The notes: a model not told the origin generated them from the letters alone. A DNA stretch of 64,000 nt from Chiloscyllium plagiosum (GCF_004010195.1 NC_057755.1:6486184-6550183); one strand, 5' to 3'. Positions 1-13,668 are shown, counted from the first letter of the stretch. Program-made: numbers and translations.

Positions 1-1103
1 ATACCAAACACCTTGTTCACTTCTCTACCTCCCTGTGACTCTACTTGCAAGGAACTATGAAACGACACAAGAAGGACTCTTTACTCAACAAAGCATTCAA
101 GGCCTTTTGGCCCATCTGATCTGTCTAATGAGGGCACAGCTCTTGGCTCTGCAAAGGTTCTGGCATCTTCCATCTAGTCTGTAATTGATTGCCTGCCTAC
201 GGTACGAGCGATGCATAAGGTATCAACATAGATCCTTTCATCCACTGCTCTGCTCCACTGGCAGGAACAGGCATATTAACATCAGTAAAACATTTCCAGC
301 ACAAACACTTATCAGAGCAAGGATCGAACAGTAAAATGTGAAGCCACCAGACTGAAGGACTTTTCAAATGACCAGAGAACAACTCAGCTTCAATCAAGAA
401 CTAATTTCTCATTATTTCACTGTTAACACGTGACATTTTCTGAGTGAAAACACTAATTGTTCCGGTTGACCGTTCCCTCATGACCCTCCGCCGGCTAACC
501 AGATAACAATTAATAGCATCGAAATGTTCTTTCTTGCAGCTGACAGTAAAAACAAGCATCAAAACAAAAAAAAACAATTTATTGTCAACTGATGAACCCA
601 GCGTCTGGTGATGGTGGTAAGGGTGCAGCAGAAGATGCTCGAGACAGAAGGAACAAGATCATGTGTTTGAACATTCTACTCGATGTGGAGCTTTGCAAAG
701 AAAAATCCAACCGCACTTCTTTACCGTAATATTAATCAGGAATAAATGTTCAAGTTCGACACGTTCTCTCGAATGAGGAATTCAATAGGAAAATGATTCT
801 GGTATTTATTTGTTTTAACAAGTTCGCACACGAAGTGACAAGATTCAAGTGCAACCCTGATCCGCCAACCCTCTCTCAAGGTCCCCTACTCCCTAATGGG
901 ATCTAATATTGACATTCCAACATTTCTGGGCCCATTTAATACAGAGATGAAGGGCAGCTGTGTCGGCATTCCGCAGTTCTGTTTCCACCAATTGTTAATG
1001 AAAGGACAGTGTTTTGATGAAGGACTGGATTCCCAAGGATTGAAAGGATTCCTCTTACTGTCAGAGGCCCGGGACCAATCTCAGTTATCCTGTCCCAGAG
1101 AAA

Positions 1104-1295
1104 TTAAAAATCACACAACACCAGGTTATAGTCCAACATGCTTAATTGGAATCACCAGCTTTCAGAGCTCCACCCCTTCATCAGGACAAGCGCTCCAAAA
1201 GCAACTGCTTCCAATTAAACCTGTTGGACTATATACTGGTGTTGTGTGACTTTTAACTTTGTACACCCCAGTCCAACACCGGCATCTCCAAATCA
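1104..1295. mobile_element. Palindromic Penelope-like remnant
   Basis: Two inverted copies of the 40268 family sequence with a degenerate CTGATGA core at the centre. Confidence 0.6.
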
Positions 1296-1681
1296 TTTCT
1301 CCCAGAGAATGGGGGAGGAATTGGGGAGGTGGTGTGGTGTGGAAGGAGGGACCAGTCTCCCACCACAGCCACCCAGGGCACGGGCAATGTCACCCTTTCC
1401 CGGAAAGGGGGGGGGGGGGGTAAAGAATGTGAAGGGGTGGGCAACATGATGCAGTCTTCAGGCACCCATCATGCCCGGTGGGGAATGGCCCACCACTTCC
1501 CCTCACGCCCCATCCCCCCACACAACACCCTTGTGTCAGTGTAAGTGCCAGGGTGAATGAAATAGTGCTGCCCCATCCCAACCCTGTGACAACAGTGCCA
1601 TCGCACTGACTCTGGCTGCCCTCCGTCCCATCACTGCCCACCAACCCTAGACCACCCCCAAAGAGTTTTCCAGGCAACCAC

Positions 1682-1687
1682 TTTATT
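1682..1687 (-). promoter_or_regulatory. Candidate polyadenylation signal (AATAAA) of the OSBP-like gene
   Basis: tttatt on + is AATAAA on -, about 1.17 kb past the stop codon; other candidates lie near 805 and 578. Confidence 0.5.
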
Positions 1688-2852
1688 GAAATGCAGCCAA
1701 GTGTTGTAGTGTAGGAAAGGCGGCAGCAGCTGATTCACACACAGCAAGATCCCACAAACCCGCAACGCGATATGGATCCCTCCCCACCATACCTTCCATG
1801 TCTCACTTTCCCAATGACAGTGGGGGTGGGTGGGTGGGGGGTGGTCTGTGAACTTGGGGGCGCTGGGTTTGAGGGATAGTTCGTGGGAAGCTGGGTCCAT
1901 TCGAGTGCGGTGGGTGGAGGAAGACGAAGACAAAGGAGGCGGAGGAGGAAGAGAGGGCGGAGGACAAGAGAAAACCCACACAAATGGCCCCCAGTTCCAC
2001 ACCGCATACCCCACTGCCCCAGCCAAACCAAAACACTGCCTCGTGGTCAGCTTCCCCACCCATGTCCCTCATCCCAAAGACTCTGCGACCCCTCTCCAAA
2101 ACCCAGGTAGAGTCCAACTCTACGCAGGTAGTACCAGGGAAATTACAGCCAATTCCAGACAGATGACTCCAGGTGCCTGCTTCCCCCCACCATTCCCACC
2201 CCCACCAGCTCTCCTGCCCTGGCTCTCCCCTGGGAGAGGCAGCACACGCTCCACCAGCCCCCTTTCTATTTTTCCCAGCCTCCCCACCCCCTGATGTCCA
2301 GGCTGTCCACTCCCTGCCAGCACTGACCAGGCCCAAGAGGTGCTGAGTGGGGGAACAGAAGTGTCTGCAATGAAATGTTGACAGATTGTAGTCTGGCTTT
2401 GCACAATGGACCAGGTGCTTTTTCCCCTTCTGTCCTTTGTTTTACGTACAACGCGTGGAAGGGAGGTGGGGGCATGGAGCAGGGGAGGAGGGGTTGACTG
2501 AACATCTTCACCCCCACCCGCCAGAGACAAAGGCGACGTGAGAGGAGGGGGTTCAGTGGGTGGGTAAAGGCTGAGGGGGTCATGAGGTGGGCGGCGAAGG
2601 ACGAGTAACCCTTTCCCTGCACCGTCACCATCTCCCTCCCCTTCAGTCTCCAGGATCTTCCCGCTGGATCTCCCACGTCAGGACCCGCCATGGACAGAAG
2701 TGATCTCTCAGTTAGAGTCCGGGGGGGCGGGGGGTGGTCAAGGCTAGGTGCCCACTCTCTCTCTCTCTCTCTCTCTTTTACACACACACGCGCGCGCGCA
2801 CAGACACACACACACACTCCCCCCAGCACTGGGCAGAAGCAGGCACTGGGCT

Positions 2853-3004
2853 TCAGAAGATATCCGGGCAGAGGTGCCAGTCTTGTTTCTCTTTCGCCTC
2901 CCAGTAGCCCCCTTTGTAGACATGCACCAGCTCTTTGGTGTAAGGGTCCTCACGTTTCTCAAACCAGAGTGGGCGGTAGGAGGATTCTGCAGAATGCGTT
3001 TGTC
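2853..3004 (-). CDS. OSBP: OSBP-like terminal coding exon
   Basis: ...YRPLWFEKREDPYTKELVHVYKGGYWEAKEKQDWHLCPDIF* translated by hand; TGA at 2855-2853; acceptor ttgcag| at 3004, with an in-frame alternative at 2986. Confidence 0.9.
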
Positions 3005-3574
3005 CTGCAAATGTCAAACAGGGAGGTCAGTCTTGCAGCCAGATGCTTCAATCCTTTCATTCCCAAGCTATCCACAACTTCCCCTCCACCCACCCCCCCA
3101 AATAATTTCTACGTAAACTCCCATCCTCTATTCAATTCTCGCACTGGCTCGTCTGTATCTAGTCAAAAATAAAACCAACTCTTCCAGATCCTTTTAGCTG
3201 AGATACTGCGCAACAGAATGGTCTATGAAAAACTATTAGACCCGTGCATGAAAGGTCAACAAACATGGATCCTCACTGTCTGTTTAGGTCAGGCCCCTCA
3301 GTAGGCAAACACATGAATAGGAAAGGTGCAGAAGGATATGGGCCAAGTGCAGGGAAACGGGATTGGCGTGGATGGACATTCTGGTTGGCATGGACCAGTT
3401 AGGGCACAAGGGCCCATCTCCTTGCTGTCGGACTCTATGTCTGTGACCCTTGTAAAAGATTCCTCAAATGCGGGAGTAGGTGTTAAAGATGCTGGTTTTA
3501 TCACTGCCTGAGGTTTCCGTTACCTGGCATGTCTGGCAACATTCAGCCACATCCTTACGCAGTCCAGACCAGTG

Positions 3575-6500
3575 AAAACTAGTGATTCAGTGTGCTGCGT
3601 GCATGATGTGCGAGGTCAGGGACACTGATGGTGTCTCTGACTCCTATAGCTGTGGAAAGTGTGTACACAATCAGCTTCTGAAGGAGCATGTTGCAGCACT
3701 CAAGAAAGAACGAGATGAACTCAGGCTCATCCGAGAGAACGAGAATTTTCTGAACAAGACCTTCAAGCGAGGTCATTACACCGAGCATGCCAGAAGAGAG
3801 AAGGTAGATGACAATGACGAAGGAAGAGGTGATTTGAGTACATGAGACCCCGGGGGAAGTACCTCTTTGTGAACAGGTTGACTCTCTTGGAAACCGTCAA
3901 GACAGACGACACTGTCAGTCCGAGAGGCAGACAGGTCTGCCAATCGAAAATTGGCGTGGAGGCAGAGCCGACGAATCAGGCATCATGCAGAGCCGTGGTA
4001 ATAGGGGGCTCCATAGTGAGAAGGACTGAAATGGGTTTCTGTGGCTACAGGCGGGATTTGAGGATGGTGTGTTGCTTTCCTGGTGCCAGATCCAGGATGT
4101 CACCGGCAGAGTACAGGGAATCCTCAAGGACGAAGGTGAAGAGCCAGAGGTGGTGGTCGGCACAAATGACGCCGGGAAGTAGAGGAGGGACTTTCTACAG
4201 CGGGACTTCACAGAATTCGGAAGGCAGCTAAAAAGCAAGACTTCCAGGGTGGTTATCTCCGGTTTGCTCCCAGTTCCTCTGGCTGGAGGGGGCAGGATCA
4301 GGGGCATAATAGACTTGAGTGTGCAGCTGAGGAACTGGTGCAGGAAGCAAGGAATTAAATTCTTGGATCACTGAGGTGCGTTTTGCAATAAGGATAAATT
4401 ATACAAGAGGGACGGGGGACCTTAATGGGTGGGGGACCAGCAGGTTTGCTACTGAAACACAGCTGCGTTTAAACTAAATAGTGGGGGGGGGAAGGGACAA
4501 ACTGGAAATTCAAGAAGGAAGTTAAAGGGAAAGTGAGAATGAGAGAAGTTAAGAAAGACAACAAATTCAACGGAGCAGAAAACTCAAGAAGGGATCACAG
4601 TATGGTCAAGCGGCATAGAGATTGATTGGAAAGGTGAGAGAAGTAACAAATTAAAAATATCATATGAATGCAGGAAGCATAAGAAATAAGGTGGATGAGC
4701 TTGAGGCTCAGTTGGAAATTGGAAGGTATGAGGTTGTGGGGATAACTGAGACGTGGCTTCAAGTGGACTGGGCCTGGGAAATGAATATTCAAGGCTGTCC
4801 GTGCAATCGAAATGACAGAAGGGGTGGGGTAGCCCTGTTGGTGAGGAATGATACTCAGTCCCTTGAGAGGGGGGCATAGAATCAGGAGATGTAGAGTCAG
4901 TGTGGATATGGCTGAGAAACTCTCAGGGTAGAAAGACCCGAATGGGAGTGATCTACAGGCCCCCAAACAGTAGGCTGGATATAGGGTGCAAGTTGAATAA
5001 GGAGTTGAAATTGGTCTGTCGCAAAGGTATTACGACAGTTGTTATGGGGATTTCAACATGCAGGTAGACTGGGGGAATCAGGATGGCGGTGGACCCCAAG
5101 AAAGGGAGTTTGTGGAGTGCCTCAGAGATGGATTCTGAGAATAGCTTGTACTGAAGCCTACCATGGTGAAGGCAATTCTGGAGGTAGTGTTGTGCAACGA
5201 ACCGGATATGATCAGGGACCTCGAAGTAAAGGAGCCATTAGGAAGTAGTGCCATAATAAGTTCTAAGCTGCAATTTGAGAGGGAGAAGGGACAATCGGAA
5301 GTGTCATTGAAAGGGAACTATGGAGCTATGAGGGAGGAGCTGGCCAAAGTTCAGTGGCTCATTACCTTAGCAGGGATGGCAGTGGAACGACAATGGCAGG
5401 TATTTCTGGATATAATGCAGAAGGTGTAGGATCAGTTCATTCCAAAGAGGAAGAAAGATCCTAAGGGGATGCAGGGGCGGCCGTGGCTGGCGAGGGAAGT
5501 TAAGGACTGTGTAAAGATAAAAGAGAAGAAACAAAGATGAGCAGGAAGCCGGAGGACTGGGAAATTAAAGAGGAACAGAGGATAACAAAAAAGGCAATAC
5601 TCAGAAAAAAATGAGGTATGAAGGCAAACTGGCCAAAAATATAAAGGGAGGATAGTGAAAGTGTTTTATGTATGTGAAAAGAAAGAAAAGGTTAAGACAA
5701 AAATTGGGCTTTTGAAGACAGAAACGGGTGAATTTATTATGGGGAACAAGGAAATTGCAGAAGAGTTGAATAGGTACTTCAGATTTGTTTTCACTGGGGA
5801 AGACACAAGCAATCTCCCAGATGTAACAGTGGCTGAAGGACCTCGGGTAATGGACAAACTGAAGGGAGGAATGTATATTCGGCAGGAAGTGGTGTTGGAT
5901 AGACTGTTAGGTCTGAAAGCAGACACGTCCCCGGGACCTGATGGTGTGCATCTCAGGGTACTTGAGGTGGTGGCTCTGGAAATCGCGGACACATTGGTAA
6001 TTATTTTCCAACGTTCTACAGATTCAGGATCAGTTCCTGCGGATTGGAGAGTGGCTAATGACATCCCACTTTTCAAGAAAGGAGGAACAGAGAAAACAGG
6101 GAATTATTGACCGGTTAGCCTGACATCCGTGGTGGGAAAGATGCTGGAGTCAATTTTAAAAGGTGAAATTACGACTCATTTGGATAGCAATAACAGGACA
6201 GGTCAGAGTCAGCATGGATTTACGAAGGGAAATCGTGCTTGACTAATCTTCTGGAATTGTTTTGAGGATATAACGAAGAGAATGGACAAGGCAAAGCCAG
6301 TGGATGTAGTGAACGAAGAGAATGGACAAGGCAAAGCCAGTGGATGTAGTGTACCTGGACTTTCAGAAAGCCTTTGATAGGAGATTAGTGAGAAAAATTC
6401 GGGTACATGGTATTGGGGGCAAAGTACTAACTTGGATTGAAAATTAGCTGGCTGACAGGAAGCAAAGAGTAGTGATAAACAGGTCCCTTTCAGAATGGCA

Positions 6501-7490
6501 GGTGGTGACCAGTGGGTTCAGTGCTGGGACCGCAGCTGTTTACAATATACATTAATGATACAGATGAAGATATTAAAAGTAATACCTTCATCTACACCTG
6601 ATGACACAAAGTTGGGTGGCAGGGTGAAATGTGAGGATGTTGTGACTTGGACAGGCTAGGTGAGTGGACAGATGCAAGGCAGACGCAGTTTAATGTGGAT
6701 AAATGTGTGATTATCCACTTTGGTGGCAAGATCAGGAAGCCTAAATGGAGTCAAGGTAGGTAAAGGGGAAGTATAACGAGATCTTTGTGTTCTTGTACAT
6801 CAGTCAATGAAAGCAAGCATGCAGGTACAGCAGGCAGTGAAGAAAGCTAATGGCATGCTGGTCTTCATAACAAGAGGAATTGAGTAAAGGAGCAAAGAGG
6901 TCCTTCTGCAGCTGTACAGGGCCCTGGTGAGATGGCACCTGAAGTAGTGTATGCAGTTTTGGTCTCCAAATTTGAGGAAGGACATTCTGGCCATTGAGGG
7001 AGTGCAGCGTAGGTTCACAAGTTCAATTCCCGGAATGGCGAGACTATCATATGTTCTAAGAGTGGAGCGACTGGGCTTGTATACACTTGAGTTTGGAAGG
7101 ATGAGAGGGGATCTGATTGAGACGCACAAGATTATTATAGGATTGGATACTCTGGAGGCAGGAAGCATGTTTCCGCTGATGGGTGAGTCCAGAACCAGAG
7201 GACACAGTTTAAATATAAGGGGGAGGCCATTTAGAACAGAGTTGAGGAGAAACCTCTTCACCCAGAGAGTGGTGGATATATGGAATGCTCTGCCCCCGAA
7301 GGCAGTGGAGGCCAAGTCTCTGGATACTTTCAAGAAAGAGATGAATAGAGCTCTTAAAGGTAGTGGAATCGAGGGTTATGGGGATAAGGCAGAAACAGGA
7401 TACTGATCGTGGATGATCAGCCATGATCATAATGAATGGTGGTGCTGGCTCGAAGGGCTGAATGGCCTAATCCTGCACTGACTGTCGATA
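3575..7490 (+). mobile_element. Near full-length decayed CR1-clade LINE
   Basis: ORF1 remnants (CxxC...CxxC zinc finger, coiled coil, GDSL/SGNH esterase-like VVIGGSIVR), then APE endonuclease (NAGSIRNK, VGITETWL), RT and C-terminal QFWSP/RRFT/FTQRVV motifs and a CR1 3' tail; many stops and frameshifts. Confidence 0.9.
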
Positions 7491-8304
7491 AAACATTTGT
7501 GCATGTTCCTTCAGCTTCCCTTACTCCCAACCACTGATTAGGAATTCATGTACTATCCACAGCACCTATCTGTAACTGACCAGGAATAGAACTTGATCAA
7601 CTTCTGCCCCTTTCTCATCCATCTGAATGTATGATGGTCCCCATTTCCTTACCAAGATGCCCTCTTGACGATAGTATCGTTCTGGGATACTCTCAGGTTC
7701 GTCTGTCGTCTTTTTGATACAACTGCTTTAGTTTTCCGTGTCTCAGCTGGAATTCAGTTCATTTCTCTTGAACTAAAAATACCCACTTCCTGCCCTTTTC
7801 CTCTTCAACCATTTGGTCAAACTCCTTGCCACAGGGAGCTGTGGGGGCACAGCCCTCATTTATATTTAAGGCTGAGATGGATTCCTGATCAGTCAGCGAA
7901 CCGAGGGTTACGGGAAAAGGGCAAGAACACAGATGCGATTGTCGGCTCAGCTGTAATTCTACTGGGAGACGGGGGATGTTTTCCAACACGTACTTCCCAT
8001 TTTCACCCACGTGACCACCCAGACCAAACACAGCTCCAGGAGGGATCCCAGTCTCTTCTACAACGTTCCGATGACTCGCAAGGCAGGGACAGTCATAGAC
8101 ACGGAGGGAACACAGCGCCTCATACTGCATCCTCCAATCTGAGACACCTTACCCTCGCCTGCCCAACACAGAGGATCCACTACCTTCCGCCGCTCCATGC
8201 TCCCTCCCCCCCACCCCTCCCTCAACCCTTCTTGACAACAACCTGGCAGCAATTCTGCCCCAAGGACACATCCTCCCTCCCAGACAGACCTCATCGTCTG
8301 TCAG

Positions 8305-9000
8305 CCCCGGGTTCAGCCCGACTACCCCCGGGGCCCAGTCCCTCTCTCTCCCTGACAGACCCGGGGCCCTGTCCCTCTCTCTCCCCGACAGACACGGGGC
8401 CTGGTCCCTCTCTATCCCAGACTACCTCCGGGGCCCGGTCCCTCTCTCTACCAGACTACCCCCGGGGCCCGGTCCCTCTCTATCCCCGACAGACACGGGG
8501 CCCGGTCCCTCTCTATCCCCGACAGACACGGGGCCTGGTCCCTCTCTATCCCCGACAGACACGGGGGCTGGTCCCTCTCTATCCCCGACAGACACGGGGC
8601 CTGGTCCCTCTCTATCCCCGACAGACACGGGGCCTGGTCCCTCTCTCTCCCAGACTACCTCCGGGGCCTGGTCCCTCTCTCTCCCAGACTACCTCCGGGG
8701 GCCTGTCCCCCTCTCTCCCCGACAGCCCCCGGGGGCCGGTCCCCCTCTCTCCCCGACAGCCCCCGGGGGCCGGTCCCCATCTATCCCCGACATCCCCTCG
8801 GGGGCCGGTCGCCCTCTCTCCCTGACAGACCCCGGGGTCCGGTCGCCCTTTCTCCCCGACAGACCCCGGGGCCTGGTCCCTCTCTCTCCCCGACTACCCC
8901 CGGGGCCCGGTCCCTCTCTCTCCCCGACAGACACGGGGCCCGGTCCCTCTCTCTCCCCGACAGCCCCCGGGGCCTGGTCCCTCCCTCTCTCCGACAGCCC
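8305..9000. repeat. GC-rich minisatellite, ~33-34 bp unit, about 20 degenerate copies
   Basis: Variants of ggggcccggtccctctctctccccgacagacac. Confidence 0.92.
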
Positions 9001-9004
9001 TCAC

Positions 9005-9222
9005 CGTCTGTCAGCTTGCTGACGTCGGACTCTCGTTTGCGTCGCACGGCCCGCTGTTTCTCCTCCAGCCGCTGCTTCTCCATGTTGGCCTCATCCCAGC
9101 GGCCGTTCTCCATCATCCTCTGGTCCGGCCGCAAGCGACTGTCAGTGGGGGCCACCCCATCCTCCAGTTCGTTCAGGGACAGGGCCAGCTCCGAGAAGTA
9201 GTACATGGATTCCGCGCGTTCC
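9005..9222 (-). CDS. OSBP: OSBP-like coding exon (ORD C-terminal helix)
   Basis: ERAESMYYFSELALSLNELEDGVAPTDSRLRPDQRMMENGRWDEANMEKQRLEEKQR...; caccag| and |gtgagg; 218 nt. Confidence 0.93.
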
Positions 9223-9489
9223 CTGGTGAGACACAGAGAGAGAGAAGGAGGGGGAGAGAGAGAGAGAATGACAGGGGGAATTTGTTCAAACTCTTGCCTC
9301 ACAGCGGCTAGCCCTTCTCCCTGCCAGCTCTCACTCCACATGGATGCTCAGCGGACCCTTCCCCACAAGCAGCCCCGAAGCAGAGTTTCTGCTCCAGTAC
9401 TCTCTGCAGGGAGACAAATCAACACATTGCAGTAACGTCCCTATCTTCCACTTCGGATGGGTTTGACCGTACTGCCTCCTCTATGCTTC

Positions 9490-9915
9490 TAAATTGAAAG
9501 TAAAGCACCCTTTACTCTTAAATTAGTCTGAAATTGGAAGTAGGCTGAACGTAAAGCTCCCTCTCCTGTTATAAACTCAAAGGAAATACTTCTTGGCTCT
9601 TTTAAACTGAAAGCAGAGCTCCATCAACACTGTCCCGTTAAATACTTTGTAAAGCTCCCTCGACACTGTCCCCATGAAACACTCCCAGGACAGGGATAGC
9701 TCTGGGTTACGTACAGAGTAAAGCTTCTTCTACACTGTTCCCCATCAACAATTCCCTGGGCAGGGGCAGCATGGGATCAGTTACAGAGTAAAACCCACTC
9801 CAAACATTCCCAGGGCAGGAACAGCACACTGTTAAATACTTTGTAAAACTCTCTCTACACTGTTCCAGGACAGGGACAGCTTGGGGTAAAATACAGAATA
9901 AAGCTTCCTCAACTC
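9490..9915. repeat. Degenerate tandem repeat (~65-70 bp unit)
   Basis: Recurring gtaaagctccctctacactgtccc...cagggcagg...acagag variants. Confidence 0.65.
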
Positions 9916-10189
9916 TTCTAACAACGAAGTAAAACTATTTTTACTTGCCTTTAAAAAAAGTGTCCACTTTATTAACCCTTTAACTGCTTTCTAACCGCCC
10001 TGTCCATGTTCCTCATCATCTTACACCTCACGCAGGTCCCACCTCAACCGCCCCTGCTCCAAAGAACCCTGAGCTTATCCAGTCTTGCTCCATCCCAGGG
10101 GAAGGTGCTGGGGAATCTCCCTCCGCAGCCCCCTGGACAATCGGCGCAGTGACCAGGTTTACGTAAATCCCCCACCAGCGGCCACTCAC

Positions 10190-10374
10190 AGCGCTTTGTG
10201 CCTTCTCCAGAGCTCCTTCCCCCGCAGGGTCTCGTACACCGTCTTCTGCCTCCCTTCCGCACTGTTCTCGCCTTTGCTGCTGTGCAGGACCCGCGAGTAT
10301 TCCATCTTCTCGTCCCACGTCCCGGACAGAATGAAGTGAGCTTTCCCCATACTGTCCGATACGACACCGGTGAC
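10190..10374 (-). CDS. OSBP: OSBP-like coding exon (ORD)
   Basis: VTGVVSDSMGKAHFILSGTWDEKMEYSRVLHSSKGENSAEGRQKTVYETLRGKELWRRHKA; ctgcag| and |gtgagt; 185 nt. Confidence 0.92.
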
Positions 10375-13351
10375 CTGCAGCCCCCATGGGTGAGAAAGGA
10401 GACACACTCTCATTAGGGCGATCACATCGCGTCACATGCCTGCACGCCCCGGGACTGGCGGCGCCATCTCGCGTTTCCCTCCGCGCTGCAATCCGCCAGA
10501 ATTCACGACGGAACGGAGCACCTCACGCGCTGTTGGGCAGAGGTGTGCTTCTATAGTTTGAGGGGCACCAGTCCACAGACAAGGGGCAGTGGACGGTTCT
10601 GAATCTCTGTGCTCCCAGGCAGTTGGCACCATTGTGCACCAAAGCATGAACCATGAGCTGACTGACCCCTCCTGCTAGTCACATTGTAAAACCTGCCTCT
10701 TTTGACCAGAGTCTTACAAAGAGCTGTTACAATTCCAGCTGGTGTTATCGCTGGGCTCGTCAGACCCTGAACTGAAATCTGGCTTGGTCAATCCTATTTT
10801 TTTTTTTACTCCTTTTCACTTGAACGAGGCGATCGTTCAGTGAAATACTGCGGAACTGGCTTTGACAAGAAAAGTGTATTGTTCTGAAGTTCAGGGAATA
10901 AACTAAGCTGCCTACAAGTTTAAAGATTCTGAAAGATTCTTAAATACAATACGATTAATCCCAAAAGCACAACTTTATATTATAAACACAACCCAGATTT
11001 ACATCCTCTATCACAACAATAGGGGTCAATTCAATGATGACTTCAACCCCCAGGCTTCAGAATCTGCTTCGAGTCTTCAGGAATCAGGATTAGACGTTCT
11101 CAGCTTCAAACAACTCCTTCAGGACTTGAGCCACACAGTTCTGGTTTGGAACTTGGAAACTGGACCCCCATACCGGCAGGTCGTGCTAAAACTAATCGCT
11201 CATTCTTGAGAGCAACTATCTGCAACACACAGCTTCAAATAAAGCTTCAGCAAAACCTGAAACCCAGATGTTAGTTTTGTTCCAAAGGCAATGGGTGTTT
11301 GCCCTATTCCAAGGACAAAAAAACAAAATCAACCTTTCACCTTCTGAACTGCAAATCGAGTGCACAACTGCTTGCTTTGCCCACCCTCCCAATGGAAACA
11401 AACAGGAAGGGAGAAAAGCCAAAGATACGGTCACATAGATGGGCGAATTCCAGGAAAGGTAAGAGAGGTAGGCAGGTAGTGCAGGAGTCTTCTGTGGCTA
11501 TCCCCATTTCAAACAAGTGCACTGTTTTGGAAAAGGTCGGGGGTGATGGATTCTCAGGGGAACGGAGCACCAACAGCTAAGATCCAGATGTCAAGACAGT
11601 CTTGAATGTAACTTGGGGTACGTCAGGTTCCAAACGACCGATTGTGTCAGGGCACTCTTAAGTCAGAGACACAGACAGACGCTTCTGTGGCCAGCAGGGA
11701 AAAGTCAGAGTGGTGTGCTGTCTCCCTGGTACCGGAATCAAGGATGTCTCAGAGAGGGTTCAGAGGGTTCTCAAAGTGGGAGAGGGCCGAGCAGGAGGTC
11801 ATTATACACAATGGAACCAATGACACAGGAAGGGAAAAGGGCGAGATTCTGAACGGAGAATATAGAAAGTTCGGCAGGAATTTAAAAAGGTCCTTGAGGG
11901 TAGTATCTGGATTACTCTCGGTGCCACGAGCTAGTGACGGTAGGAATAGGAGGATAGAGCAGATGAATGCAAGGCTGAGGTGGTGTGTATGAGAGAAGGA
12001 TTCACATTTCCGGATCATTGGGATCTCTTCTGGGATAGAAGAGATTGGTACAAAAAGGATGAATTACACCTGAATTGGAAGAGGACTAACATACTGGCAG
12101 GGAGATTTGCTAGAGCCGCTTGGGAGGATTTAAACTGGTGAGGGGGGGGGGGGGGGTGGGACCCAGGGAGACAATGCAGGAAAAGATCAATCTGAGACTG
12201 GTACAGTTGAGAAAATAAGCGAGTCAAGCAGTCAGGGTAGGTAGGAACAAAGCAGAGAACAAGGTAGGACTGATAAATTAAACTACATTTATTTCAATGC
12301 AAGGGGCCTAACAGAGAAGGCAGATGAACTCAGGGCACGGTAAGGACATGGGACTGGGATATCATAGCAATTGCAGAAACATGGCTCAGGGATGGACAGG
12401 ACTGACAGCTTAATGTTCCAGGATACAGATACGACAGGAAGGATAGAAAGAGAGGCAAGAGATGAGGGGAGTGGCGTTTTGATAAGGGATAGCATTACAG
12501 CTGTAATTAGGAAGGATATTCCCGGAAATACATCGAGGGAAGTTATTTGGGTGGAACCGAGAAATAACAAAGGGACTGTCACCTTATTGGGATTATATTA
12601 TAGACCACCTAATAGTCAGCGGGAAATGGAGAAACAAATTTGTAAGGAAGTTTCAGTTATCTGTAAGAATAATAGGGCGGTTATGGTCGGGGATTTTAAC
12701 TTTCCAAACATAGACTAGGATTGCCATAGTGTTAAGGGTTTAGATGGAGATGAATTTCAATTGTGCACAAGAAACTTTTCTGATTCAGTACGAGAGAAGG
12801 TGCAAAACCTGGCCTACTCTTGGGAAATAAGGCAGGGCAGGTTACTGAGGTGTCAATGGGGGAGCACTTCGGGGCCAGCGACCATAATTCTACGAGTTTT
12901 AAAATAGTGATGAAAAAAGATAGACGAGATCTGCAAGTTGAAGCTCTAAATTGGAAGGTGGCTAATTTTGATGGTATTAGGCAAGAACTTTAAAAAGCTA
13001 ACTGGGGGAAGATGTTCGCAGGTAAAGGGACGGCTGGAAAATACGAAGCCTTCAGAAATGAGATAACGAGAGTTCAGAGAAAGTATATTCCTGTTAGGGT
13101 GAAAGGAGAGGCTGGTAGGAATAGGGAATACTGGATGACTAAAGAAATTGAGGGTTTTGATAAGAAAACAAAGGAAGCATATGTCAGGTATAGACAAGAT
13201 AGATCAAATGAATCCTTAGAAGAGTATAAAGGCAGTAGGAGTATATACTTAAGAGGGAAATCAGGAGGACAAAAAGGGAACATGAGATAGCTTTGACAAA
13301 TAGGGTTAAGGAGAATCCAGAGGGGTTTTAGAAATACATAGAAGACAAAAG

Positions 13352-13668
13352 TGGGCGGCACGGTGGCACAGTGGTTAGCACTGCTGCCTCACAGCGCCTG
13401 AGACCCGGGTTCAATTCCCGCCTCAGGCGACTGACTGTGTGGAGTTTGCACGTTCTCCCCGTGTCTGCGTGGGTTTCCTCCGGGTGCTCCGGTTTCCTCC
13501 CACAGTCCAAAAGATGTGCAGGGTCAGGTGAATTGGCCATGCTAAATTGCCCGTAGTGTTAGGTAAGGGGTAAATATAGGGGTATGGGTGGGCTTCGCTT
13601 CGGCGGGTCAGTGTGGACTTGTTGGGCCGAAGGGCCTGTTTCCACACTGTAATGTAATCTAATCTAAA
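13352..13668 (+). mobile_element. HE1-like tRNA-derived V-SINE, full length
   Basis: tRNA-like head (tggcacagtgg A-box, ggttcaattcc B-box), V-domain gtgtggagtttgcacgttctccccg..., CR1-like tail and (aatct)n end. Confidence 0.88.

Noticed and set aside
575..700. Possible extra terminal exon or snoRNA near the window start
   Set aside because: There is no convincing reading frame and no box C/D or H/ACA arrangement.
7665..8825. 386-aa ORF, the longest in the track
   Set aside because: It stays open through a stop-poor minisatellite (repeating RGLVPLYPRQT), is antisense to OSBP and has no recognisable domain.
13352..13425. tRNA genes at SINE heads
   Set aside because: A/B boxes run straight into the V-domain and LINE-like tail, so these are SINE heads and not stand-alone tRNAs.
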